Shown here piece after piece: positions 1-8,056 of a DNA stretch of 64,000 bases. The notes beneath the pieces are model-generated. The model was not told the DNA's origin. It saw nothing but the letters and a program-made list of their open reading frames with translations, and searched no databases. Each line of letters opens with the position of its first letter. The stretch's first letter is position 1. Position numbers and translations under genes: made by a program. This DNA comes from Alphaproteobacteria bacterium (GTDB lineage Bacteria > Pseudomonadota > Alphaproteobacteria > CAAHEQ01 > UBA3637): NCBI GenBank assembly GCA_045635565.1, contig JAZTVX010000054.1, forward strand, positions 568 through 64,567. Direction: 5' to 3'.

Positions 1-111
1 TCGTTATGATGAACGCCACCCTACCGTCATGCTGAACTTGTTTCAGCATCTCTTGGAGTTGTGGCAAGGTGCTTTATCGTCAAAAGACCCTGAACCAAGT
101 TCAGGGTGACG
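1..111. repeat. Double-hairpin palindromic repeat unit, copy A (left end may be cut by the window edge)
   Basis: Aligns with 158-269 with few mismatches and a 2-nt indel. Hairpins ATGCTGAA/TTCAGCAT (29-49) and ACCCTGAAC/GTTCAGGGT (87-107). No ORF. Confidence 0.8.
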
Positions 112-157
112 ATGGGGATAGGCAGGGTGTTGTGTTGTTAAAAGACACACTCACTTT

Positions 158-269
158 TCGTTATGATGACCACCACTCCCTATCGTCATGCTGAACTTGT
201 TTCAGCATCTCATCGAGTTGTGGAGGGTGCTATGTTATCAAGAGACCCTGAATTAAGTTCAGGGTGACG
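158..269. repeat. Double-hairpin palindromic repeat unit, copy B
   Basis: Tandem copy of 1-111. Hairpins at 188-208 and 245-265. The following 25-30 nt are only loosely similar to the spacer after copy A. Confidence 0.8.
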
Positions 270-413
270 TAAAAGAATGGCATGGTGCTCAAGGGGCGTT
301 GGGTGATGATAGGGTTTCTTATCATGCAAGTACAACAACGAAACAAATTTTTAAATCCAACAATATTTCAAACAAAAATAAATCGTCAATAACTAATAAT
401 AAACGGAGGAAAC

Positions 414-782
414 ATGAAAAAAACATTATTGATATTAGCCTTAATTTTGACATTACCGAGCATGGCATTTGCGAAATGTGAGGGTGGAGAAGAAAAACCG
501 GGAAAAAATGGTCATGTGTACTGTATAAGCAATCAAACAATGAACTGGTGGAGTGCGTTTGCATGGTGTAAAGCCAATGAACGTCATTTGGCAACATTGG
601 ACGAAGCCTGTAATAATCAAAGTTGGTCAAACGGTTGCCCCAATATGGCTATTGGTGTGAGTAAAGGAGCGTGGACCTCTATTGCCTCGGGGGATAGTTC
701 TGCTTATCACATTTATCTGGTAAATGGTGGTGATGTAAACGCATATGCGCGTACTACTATCCTTAAGGCTTTGTGTTATTAA
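414..782 (+). CDS. Small exported Cys-rich protein with C-type-lectin-like (CTLD) landmarks
   Basis: SD ACGGAGGA lies before the ATG. Signal peptide MKKTLLILALILTLPSMAFA. Mature part has YCIS..MNWWSAFAWCKANERHLATLDEAC, AWTSIAS (WIGL-like) and a C-terminal ALCY. Confidence 0.55.
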   Translation: MKKTLLILALILTLPSMAFAKCEGGEEKPGKNGHVYCISNQTMNWWSAFAWCKANERHLATLDEACNNQSWSNGCPNMAIGVSKGAWTSIASGDSSAYHIYLVNGGDVNAYARTTILKALCY

Positions 783-820
783 GGTATTTTTAGCAAAAGA
801 CTGTATATCATTAAGTAAAA

Positions 821-850
821 AAAGATTATCGCATGGTAATCTTTTTTTTT
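821..850 (+). terminator. Rho-independent terminator after the CTLD-like gene
   Basis: 8-bp stem AAAGATTA/TAATCTTT with an 8-nt loop, running into T9. Confidence 0.6.
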
Positions 851-919
851 GATGCTTTTTCTTATTTTAAAAAGCGTGCATGAAAAATACAGTCCCTATT
901 GGTATTGGATTTATTTGAA

Positions 920-948
920 TTGACAAAAAGTATCAAAAAATATACAAT
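920..948 (+). promoter_or_regulatory. Sigma70-type promoter for rppH
   Basis: TTGACA (920-925), 17-nt spacer, TACAAT (943-948), about 39 nt upstream of the ATG. Confidence 0.5.
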
Positions 949-986
949 AACTTTATGTTTTTTGCCACGCAGGGAAAGGAATTTTT

Positions 987-1517
987 ATGTTAATTTCAAA
1001 GGAAGAACAAGAACAATATCGGCCCAATGTTGGGTTAATGATTATCAATAAAAAAGGGCAAATATGGCTTGGGACACGGGCTGATAAAAATAAATTGCAT
1101 CATATATCCGGTACTCTTTATTGCGAGCAAATGCCACAAGGTGGTATTGATATTGATGAAACGCCTTTAGAAGCCGCTTATCGTGAACTAAAGGAAGAAA
1201 CGGGTTTATCAAAAGATAAAGTTCAGCTTATTCGTCAATCGGAATATTGGTATGCTTATCAATTTCCTCACCCGATTATGTTTTCAAAACAATCATATAT
1301 TGGTCAATGTCAAAAATGGTTTTTGTTTTTATATGATGGTACGGGTGAAGACTTTGATTTAATGGCTCATCCGGAAGAAATTGAATTTGAGTCTTATCAA
1401 TGGTACCATGCTGATGAAATGATTTTCAAAGTTGTTCCATTTAAACGGGATGTTTATAAACTTGTATTACAAGAATTTTTACCATCCATACAAGCAATAA
1501 CTCAAAAATATAAATAA
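987..1517 (+). CDS. rppH: RNA pyrophosphohydrolase (Nudix, RppH/NudH, InvA-like)
   Basis: Nudix box GGIDIDETPLEAAYRELKEETGL. Size and N-terminal YRPNVGLMIINKKGQIW are typical of RppH. Confidence 0.8.
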   Translation: MLISKEEQEQYRPNVGLMIINKKGQIWLGTRADKNKLHHISGTLYCEQMPQGGIDIDETPLEAAYRELKEETGLSKDKVQLIRQSEYWYAYQFPHPIMFSKQSYIGQCQKWFLFLYDGTGEDFDLMAHPEEIEFESYQWYHADEMIFKVVPFKRDVYKLVLQEFLPSIQAITQKYK

Positions 1518-1619
1518 TAATTTTTCGATTTCTTTTGTGTTGACGAGTTGATATTCTTGTGATAAATATCAATAAAATATCATCACTATTGAATTAAAAT
1601 CATGAGGGAAAGGGTTTAT

Positions 1620-2936
1620 ATGAAATTATTTGCTTTATTATTAGGGACCGTTTTTTTGTTTTCTGCCGGTTGTGCTTCTGCCGATTCGTCTAAAAAGAAT
1701 CTTGTAGAACGGGATAATCCGTATGTGTTAATGGAATTATTTGGGGCTGCTTTTCAATCGATAAAATCAGACTATGTTGAAGAGACAACAGACAGAGAAT
1801 TGATTGAAAATGCCATTAACGGTATGCTGTCGTCATTAGATCCTCACTCGGGTTTTATGAATCAATCTGATTTTGAAGATTTGGAAAATCAGACAAAGGG
1901 TGAATTTGGTGGATTGGGTATGGAAGTTTCATCTGAAAACGGTCTTGTTCGGGTTACAACGCCGATTGATGATACCCCTGCTTTTCGTGCCGGTATTGAA
2001 ACGGGCGATTATATTACACACATTGACGGGGAATCTATTATGGGATTATCATTGATGGAAGCCGTCAAAAAAATGCGTGGTGAGCCGGGAACAAAAATCA
2101 CGCTGACTATTTCCAGAAAAGACAAAGAACCGTTTGATGTAAAAATGACCCGTGCTGTTATTCAAGTTCAACCTGTTAAATTTGAAGCCAAAGGCAATAT
2201 TGGTTATATTCGTATTATTTCGTTTAGCGACCATACGACGGAAAAACTACATGAAGCCATTGAAAAATTGAATAAGGAGATTGGTTCGGAAAAATTGATT
2301 GGTTACATTTTGGATGTCAGAAATAATCCCGGTGGATTATTGACGGAAGCAATAGGGGTTGTTGATACGTTTATATCTGAAGGTGAAATTGTGTCAACCC
2401 GTTCTCGTAATCCGGAAGAAGCCATGCGTTTTAGTGCAAAAGATGGCGATTTAGCAAAGCAAAAACCGATTGTTGTTTTAATTAACGAAGGGTCGGCTTC
2501 GGCTTCTGAAATTGTTGCCGGTGCTTTACAAGATCACCACCGTGCTTTGATTGTCGGATTAAAATCTTTCGGAAAAGGATCTGTTCAAACATTAAGACCT
2601 GTCCCTGGTTTTGGTGGAATTAAGATGACGACAGCACGTTACTACACGCCGTCGGGTAAATCAATTCAAGCCAAAGGTATTGAACCGGACGTCGTGATTC
2701 CTCGTGCTAAAATAGAAGAATTACCAGTTATTAAAGGGTTTGGTGAAGGTGATTTGCCAAAAGCCATCGCTGCTGAAGAAGGTAAAAAAGCCAAAGATGT
2801 GAAAAAATCTAAAAAAGAAAATCCTGTTCAAAAGACTGTCCAATCAGATGAAAAAGATGCGGATAAAAAGGTGGATTATCAATTAGAACGGGCAATGGAT
2901 ATTTTACGTGGTATTGCTATATATCAAAAGCAATAA
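1620..2936 (+). CDS. ctpA: Carboxy-terminal processing protease (S41, PDZ-containing)
   Basis: PDZ segment GLGMEV..GDYITHIDG and S41 core NEGSASASEIVAGALQD..KSFGKGSVQ, with a signal peptide. Start is placed at the ATG preceded by GAGGGAAAGGG; an alternative ATG is at 1602. Confidence 0.85.
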   Translation: MKLFALLLGTVFLFSAGCASADSSKKNLVERDNPYVLMELFGAAFQSIKSDYVEETTDRELIENAINGMLSSLDPHSGFMNQSDFEDLENQTKGEFGGLGMEVSSENGLVRVTTPIDDTPAFRAGIETGDYITHIDGESIMGLSLMEAVKKMRGEPGTKITLTISRKDKEPFDVKMTRAVIQVQPVKFEAKGNIGYIRIISFSDHTTEKLHEAIEKLNKEIGSEKLIGYILDVRNNPGGLLTEAIGVVDTFISEGEIVSTRSRNPEEAMRFSAKDGDLAKQKPIVVLINEGSASASEIVAGALQDHHRALIVGLKSFGKGSVQTLRPVPGFGGIKMTTARYYTPSGKSIQAKGIEPDVVIPRAKIEELPVIKGFGEGDLPKAIAAEEGKKAKDVKKSKKENPVQKTVQSDEKDADKKVDYQLERAMDILRGIAIYQKQ

Positions 2937-3052
2937 AAGTATAATCAAAATGAATACCCCCTTGTGTATGCAGGGGGGTATCATTATGCTCATTCAATTA
3001 TGTATAACGTTCATACAGAAACAGTTTTGTTTTATGTGATAAAAAGGTGTCG

Positions 3053-3583
3053 TTATGCGTTTGATAAAGCCTCTAAAAATTTTTTAAAAAATTGTTGTAT
3101 CTTTTTATCTTTTGGTAATCCGTTTTCATCGAGGAAATCTTCTTTCCATGTCAAACACATTTCCGGTTGAGGTATCATAATGCCTTGTATGGCGGGAATA
3201 ATGGAACGTAAATGCACTTGAGCGGCTGCTGTGCCGACAGGACTGGGAGCAATACCTGCAATCGCTACTTTTTTATTGATAAACACGCCTTGTTGATAAG
3301 GACGAGAAGCCCAATCCAACGCATTTTTCAATACACCTGTTATGGAACGATTATATTCCGGTGTCATGATTAACACGATATCGCATTGTCGAATGGTTTG
3401 ACGAAATTGTTCAACGGCAGAAGGAATGTTTTTTTCTAAATCCTCCGAAAAAAGAGGCAGTTCAGAAATAGAAATAAATGAAAAATCCAAATTTGGATGC
3501 CCCATTTTAACAAACGCTTCTGCTGTTTTTCGATTGATGGATTGTGAATGTAAACTACCCACTAAAATACCTATTTTTTTCAT
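3053..3583 (-). CDS. NAD(P)H-dependent FMN reductase family oxidoreductase
   Basis: MKKIGILVGSLHSQSINR and IMTPEYNRSITGVLKNALDW are typical of the flavodoxin-like FMN reductase family. The start has SD AGGAG; the ORF track extends to 3619. Confidence 0.75.
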   Translation of the reverse strand: MKKIGILVGSLHSQSINRKTAEAFVKMGHPNLDFSFISISELPLFSEDLEKNIPSAVEQFRQTIRQCDIVLIMTPEYNRSITGVLKNALDWASRPYQQGVFINKKVAIAGIAPSPVGTAAAQVHLRSIIPAIQGIMIPQPEMCLTWKEDFLDENGLPKDKKIQQFFKKFLEALSNA

Positions 3584-3705
3584 ATATATTCTCCTTTCAT
3601 AGGATAAAAATAAAAACAACAGTATTTTTTGTCAAGGGTATTATTTATCTGATACCTCAAAACAATATATTCTTTATAAATATAAATTATTTGCGTTCTC
3701 AATGA

Positions 3706-3734
3706 TAAAAAAGACCGCCCATTAACGGACGGTC
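3706..3734 (-). terminator. Terminator downstream of accC
   Basis: Minus-strand stem GACCG/CGGTC followed by a T-run (plus-strand A-run 3706-3712). Confidence 0.55.
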
Positions 3735-3750
3735 AGATTGTTTTATGGAT

Positions 3751-5115
3751 TTAGTTTTCTTCAATAATTTCGTCTTGATGTTCCGAAATGAATTTTTCCA
3801 ACCAGTGAATGTTATATTCACCATCTAAAAATTCCGGATTAGTAATGATGCATTGATGAAGAGGAATTGTGGTTGAAATGCCTTCAATAACAAATTCTTC
3901 CAACGCACGTCTTAAACGCATCATTGCTCCATTTCGTGTTCGGCCGTGTACAATCAATTTAGCAACCATACTATCGTAACATGATGGTACTTTATATCCG
4001 GCATACATGCCTGAATCAACACGTACTTCTAATCCACCGGGCGTATGCCATGCACCGATTTTACCAGGGCAAGGAATAAATGTCTTTGGATTTTCGGCAT
4101 TGATACGACATTCAATGGCATGTCCTGAAAAAACAATATCCTGTTGTGTATAGCCCAATGGAGCACCTGCTGAAACACGTAACTGATCACGAACAATATC
4201 GACGCCTGTTACCATTTCGGAAATAGGGTGTTCAACTTGTACACGTGTATTCATTTCGAGAAAATAAAAATGACCGTTTTCATACAAAAATTCAATTGTT
4301 CCAACATTGGAATAACCCAATTTCTTCATAGCATTGGCAGCAATTTCGCCAATTTCTTTCCGTTGTTTGGAATTGAGTGCCGGAGAGGGTGTTTCTTCCA
4401 ATACTTTTTGGTGATTGCGTTGTAATGAACAATCTCGCTCTCCTAAATGAACAACGTTACCATAATTATCGGCAATGATTTGAACTTCAATATGACGAGG
4501 TGTTTGTAAATATTTTTCAATATAAACGACATCACTTGAAAATGAGTTGCGAGCCTCATTTTTAGCCAATGTGAATGCATCTGCCATTTCCGTTGCATTA
4601 TGGGCAACTTTCATACCTTTACCACCACCACCGGCTGCTGCTTTGACAATAACGGGATAACCGATTTTTTCACCCCATGTCAATGCTTCTTCTACCGTTT
4701 TAACGTCGCCGTCTGAACCGGGGACAACGGGAAGACCGGATTCAATAGCAGCTTTTTTGGCTGTCACTTTATCACCCATTAAACGAATCATATCAGGTTT
4801 CGGTCCGATAAAGACCATGTTGTGTGCCTCCACCATATCGGCAAAATCGGCATTTTCAGATAAAAAACCATATCCTGGGTGTATGGCATCAGCCCCTGTC
4901 ATCATCGCAGCTGAAATAATAGCGGCTTTGTTTAAATAGGAATCTTTTGCGGAAGCAGGTCCGATACAAACCGCTTCATCTGCCAATTTTACGTGCATCG
5001 CATCAGCATCAGCCGTTGAATGGACGGCTACGGTCTTAATACCCATTTCACGACAGGCACGATGTATGCGTAAAGCGATTTCGCCACGGTTGGCAATTAA
5101 AACTTTTTCAAACAT
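3751..5115 (-). CDS. accC: Acetyl-CoA carboxylase biotin carboxylase subunit
   Basis: MFEKVLIANRGEIALRI start and ATP-grasp motifs (GGGGKGM, EMNTRVQVEHP). 454 aa. Confidence 0.95.
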   Translation of the reverse strand: MFEKVLIANRGEIALRIHRACREMGIKTVAVHSTADADAMHVKLADEAVCIGPASAKDSYLNKAAIISAAMMTGADAIHPGYGFLSENADFADMVEAHNMVFIGPKPDMIRLMGDKVTAKKAAIESGLPVVPGSDGDVKTVEEALTWGEKIGYPVIVKAAAGGGGKGMKVAHNATEMADAFTLAKNEARNSFSSDVVYIEKYLQTPRHIEVQIIADNYGNVVHLGERDCSLQRNHQKVLEETPSPALNSKQRKEIGEIAANAMKKLGYSNVGTIEFLYENGHFYFLEMNTRVQVEHPISEMVTGVDIVRDQLRVSAGAPLGYTQQDIVFSGHAIECRINAENPKTFIPCPGKIGAWHTPGGLEVRVDSGMYAGYKVPSCYDSMVAKLIVHGRTRNGAMMRLRRALEEFVIEGISTTIPLHQCIITNPEFLDGEYNIHWLEKFISEHQDEIIEEN

Positions 5116-5117
5116 GA

Positions 5118-5564
5118 TTATTCCAAAGAAAATAAAGGTTGATTATATTCAACAGGACTGCCGGATTCAACCAAAACAGCACTGATTTTACCGCTTTTTG
5201 TTGCCTTAATCGGATTAAATGTTTTCATGGCTTCAATCAAACAAATTGTTTGACCAACAGAAACGGTATCACCCACCTTGACAAAATCGGGAGAAGATGG
5301 ATCTTTTGCCAAATAAACAATACCAACCATCGGAGAAACCAAATGATTATCTGTTTTAACAACCGGTTTTTCTTCACGTACTGCCGGAACAGGATTCTCT
5401 GTTGCTACAACAGGCAAAGACGGTTGAGCAACGGTTGTTACTGCTTGTTTCGGACCGACAACCCGAATATGAACCCCGTTTGCTTCATAGTCGATTTCGG
5501 ATAAATTGTTTTCATGCAATAATTCAGCTAATTCCTTAATTGCTTGTTTTTGTTCTTTTTCCAT
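5118..5564 (-). CDS. accB: Biotin carboxyl carrier protein
   Basis: Biotinylation motif IEAMKTFN, a Pro/Val-rich linker, and position directly upstream of accC. Confidence 0.9.
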   Translation of the reverse strand: MEKEQKQAIKELAELLHENNLSEIDYEANGVHIRVVGPKQAVTTVAQPSLPVVATENPVPAVREEKPVVKTDNHLVSPMVGIVYLAKDPSSPDFVKVGDTVSVGQTICLIEAMKTFNPIKATKSGKISAVLVESGSPVEYNQPLFSLE

Positions 5565-5670
5565 GAGACCTTCCTTTACAAATAAAAATCTTTTTCTCTT
5601 TTAACTTATTTAAAACAAAAAAGCAAGTGTAAAAAAAGAAACTTTTGTGACGAGTCATATTTCTCTGGAA

Positions 5671-6315
5671 CTAAAAATTTTGACGAGATGCGTCAAACAT
5701 GCTTGATCTTTTTATTTTGTTGGTTTCGTAGAGATCTCGACGTGCTTTTAATTCATACCGATAAATGCTTTCACGGACATCAGATGCATCAGAAAATCTG
5801 TTTTGAAACGGAACCTCCGGTGATTTATGGTAGTAACACATACAGACATGTAAATCTCTGTTTGAACCGACAATATATTTTTGAACAGCACGCATATCTT
5901 CCAATATAATATCGGCTTTAGGATTGCCCGTATGGAATTTAGCAAATTTGTGACAACTTAAATCAATAATTTCTTGGGGTGTTTTATTGGGATATTTACG
6001 GATTGATGAAGTCACAATATCTACCATATCTTTGCACTCTTGTGTGTAATCAGCCCGATTGCATGAAGCCTGTTGTGTTATGGCGTTTAATTTTTTGCGT
6101 TCTGCTTGAATTTTTGTAACGTAATCACCAACGGCTTTTCCGATTGCCGTTGATTGCTTTCCGTAATCTTGAATTTTGTGATAGACGTAACCTGTACCGG
6201 CAACAGCCAAGGCACAAAAACTTGTCAACACAAACAAAACCTTACGTTTCAATGAAGATGGTTGTTTTACGACCTGATTATCCGTTGATTGAACGGTTTG
6301 TTCATTGTTTTCCAT
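5671..6315 (-). CDS. Hypothetical single-pass membrane protein (Cys-containing C-terminal domain)
   Basis: SD AAGGGAAT. One TM helix (VLFVLTSFCALAVAGTGYVY) followed by the motif HKIQDY. I recognise no family. Confidence 0.55.
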   Translation of the reverse strand: MENNEQTVQSTDNQVVKQPSSLKRKVLFVLTSFCALAVAGTGYVYHKIQDYGKQSTAIGKAVGDYVTKIQAERKKLNAITQQASCNRADYTQECKDMVDIVTSSIRKYPNKTPQEIIDLSCHKFAKFHTGNPKADIILEDMRAVQKYIVGSNRDLHVCMCYYHKSPEVPFQNRFSDASDVRESIYRYELKARRDLYETNKIKRSSMFDASRQNF

Positions 6316-6329
6316 TTAACATATTCCCT

Positions 6330-6896
6330 TTAAACACGTGAATTTCCTGAAAAAATATTATTTAATTGATCAACGGTATCTGTATTAACAATTACACCGC
6401 TGTTAGCAAGAGCATTCCCACCACTGTTGTTTGTATTGCTGTTTGAACCGTTTCCCTTTGCGTCATCAATTTGATCTTCCAATTTGTCAATCTGAGACTG
6501 TAAATCCTTATTTTTTGCAAGAGCGTCTTTCCGTTCATCTTTGTAGTCAGTGATTTTTTTATAAACAAAATAACCAACGCCAAGTGTTGCAATAATCAAC
6601 AAAAGAAGTTTCCAATTACGGGTGATAATATTACCTTCGTCCTGTTGTTGTGCCATTTCATGATTCGCATGAGCAACAGCACCTTGATTGGCAGAGGTAT
6701 CAGAAGGAGTAGTGGTATTTGTTCTTGGTTGCTTTCCTAACGCCAATGCAACATCATCAGGTGTAACAACAGCCGGCTGGCCGGGGACAGAAGGTGTCGG
6801 CATATCTGTTGTCGCACCAGAGGAAGAAGTTGGTTGTTTCCCAGCCGTCGGTGTGTATGCAGTAACGGGAACTGCCCCACTGAAAGTATTTGTCAT
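6330..6896 (-). CDS. Hypothetical membrane protein with Pro/Thr-rich N-terminus, one TM helix and a coiled coil
   Basis: Start is placed at MTNTF (SD GGGAGAT); the ORF track extends to 7016. TM helix LLLLIIATLGVGYFVY, then KKITDY, then KNKDLQSQIDKLEDQIDDAK. Confidence 0.55.
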   Translation of the reverse strand: MTNTFSGAVPVTAYTPTAGKQPTSSSGATTDMPTPSVPGQPAVVTPDDVALALGKQPRTNTTTPSDTSANQGAVAHANHEMAQQQDEGNIITRNWKLLLLIIATLGVGYFVYKKITDYKDERKDALAKNKDLQSQIDKLEDQIDDAKGNGSNSNTNNSGGNALANSGVIVNTDTVDQLNNIFSGNSRV

Positions 6897-7040
6897 ATTT
6901 TTTATCTCCCAAATAAAGATTTGAACTGCGTAGTATGTATAATACCACAAATTATGTATAAAATCAATATTATTTTTTGCTTGCACATAAGATAAGAATA
7001 TGATATAATGAAACATCGTTTAATTTAATGGAGGATAGAA

Positions 7041-7652
7041 ATGGCAGATAAAAAATTGACCGGAAGCATAACGCCTGAAACACGGGCAGCACTTGATAAA
7101 GCACGTGCTAGTTCGTCGAATGGAACGAGTAATTCTGAAGATGCAAACAATTATCAGTTGACGGCTCAAGAGGCGGCAAAACTTTTGGAAGATGAAAAAA
7201 CTATAAAAAAACTCAAACAGGATGGTGTTGATTTTGATGAAAGAACAAAAGATTTACCCGAGGACAAAAAGAATATCATCGGGGCTCGTGAATATTACAA
7301 TGATTCTCAAAAAAATGCTTTAACAGCAATGGTAGGTGCATGGCTTGGTCGTTATGGTCCGGCTATGCAAAAACATTCATTGGCACAAATTGGTCTTACT
7401 CAGGTTGCCAATTCAACCAGTGGTTTAGCAGGGGCTATTTTGACTTTTGTTACCAAAACAGGAATATCAGACGGAATTTTAAATCAATACACACATGCAG
7501 AAGATGCTATTGAAGCGGGTGAAAACCTTGGTGCGATTGCACAAAGTGGGCAGACCCCTTCTTCTAATCAAACATTAGCCACTCATTCTCATGGGCATGT
7601 TGGGGGGGCAACTCCGAAGTTACCGCAAAACGATGGTTCTCGTTCTTGTTAG
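7041..7652 (+). CDS. Hypothetical protein
   Basis: Strong SD GGAGGA. 203 aa, polar N-terminal half and Gly/Ala-rich amphipathic C-terminal half, followed by a clean terminator. No family recognised. Confidence 0.55.
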   Translation: MADKKLTGSITPETRAALDKARASSSNGTSNSEDANNYQLTAQEAAKLLEDEKTIKKLKQDGVDFDERTKDLPEDKKNIIGAREYYNDSQKNALTAMVGAWLGRYGPAMQKHSLAQIGLTQVANSTSGLAGAILTFVTKTGISDGILNQYTHAEDAIEAGENLGAIAQSGQTPSSNQTLATHSHGHVGGATPKLPQNDGSRSC

Positions 7653-7661
7653 AAAAGATTT

Positions 7662-7697
7662 ATCCCGAAAACAATTTCCTTGTTTTCGGGATTTTTT
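7662..7697 (+). terminator. Rho-independent terminator
   Basis: 12-bp stem ATCCCGAAAACA/TGTTTTCGGGAT followed by T6. Confidence 0.8.
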
Positions 7698-7985
7698 AGA
7701 TTGTGCTTGAGCACCAAGTATGATGAATGGGGCAGGTGAATGTTATCCGTGTGATGCCGGATACACATGAAATTAAATATTGCGTTCAAATATGCAATTC
7801 GGAAGCATGACAAGATATCTGTGGTGATTATTGGGGTTTTAATAGAGATAGCGGCAGTAATGAAATCGACATGGATGAATTATCAACGCAATTATGTTGA
7901 AATGCATCATGAACACCAATGAAAGATACTAATATGGGCAGAATGTATTGTCATCAATAATATTGATTTGTGTATAATTTATATT

Positions 7986-8018
7986 AAAAAAAAGAAGCAT
8001 GTTTGCTTCTTTTTTTTG
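7986..8018. terminator. Bidirectional terminator (serves glk on the minus strand)
   Basis: Stem GAAGCA/TGCTTC flanked by A8 and T8. Confidence 0.7.
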
Positions 8019-8056
8019 TTGAGATAATCCGATAATAAATTGTATTAACGGATATT

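Noticed and set aside
1-295. Could the tandem repeats be a CRISPR array?
   Set aside because: Only two copies are present. The units are about 110 bp and internally double-palindromic, the intervening segments are partly homologous rather than unique spacers, and no cas genes are in the window.
414-782. CTLD-like protein as the variable protein of a diversity-generating retroelement
   Set aside because: No reverse transcriptase gene is present, and I could find no template-repeat copy of the gene's 3' end anywhere in the window.
5139-5504. 121-aa plus-strand ORF inside accB
   Set aside because: It is an antisense shadow of accB with no RBS and an implausible composition.
6688-6948. Overlapping ORFs (78 aa plus strand, 63 aa minus strand) within 6330-6896
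   Set aside because: These are alternative-frame or antisense ORFs in a Pro/Thr-rich region without an RBS. The frame with SD, TM helix and coiled coil is preferred.
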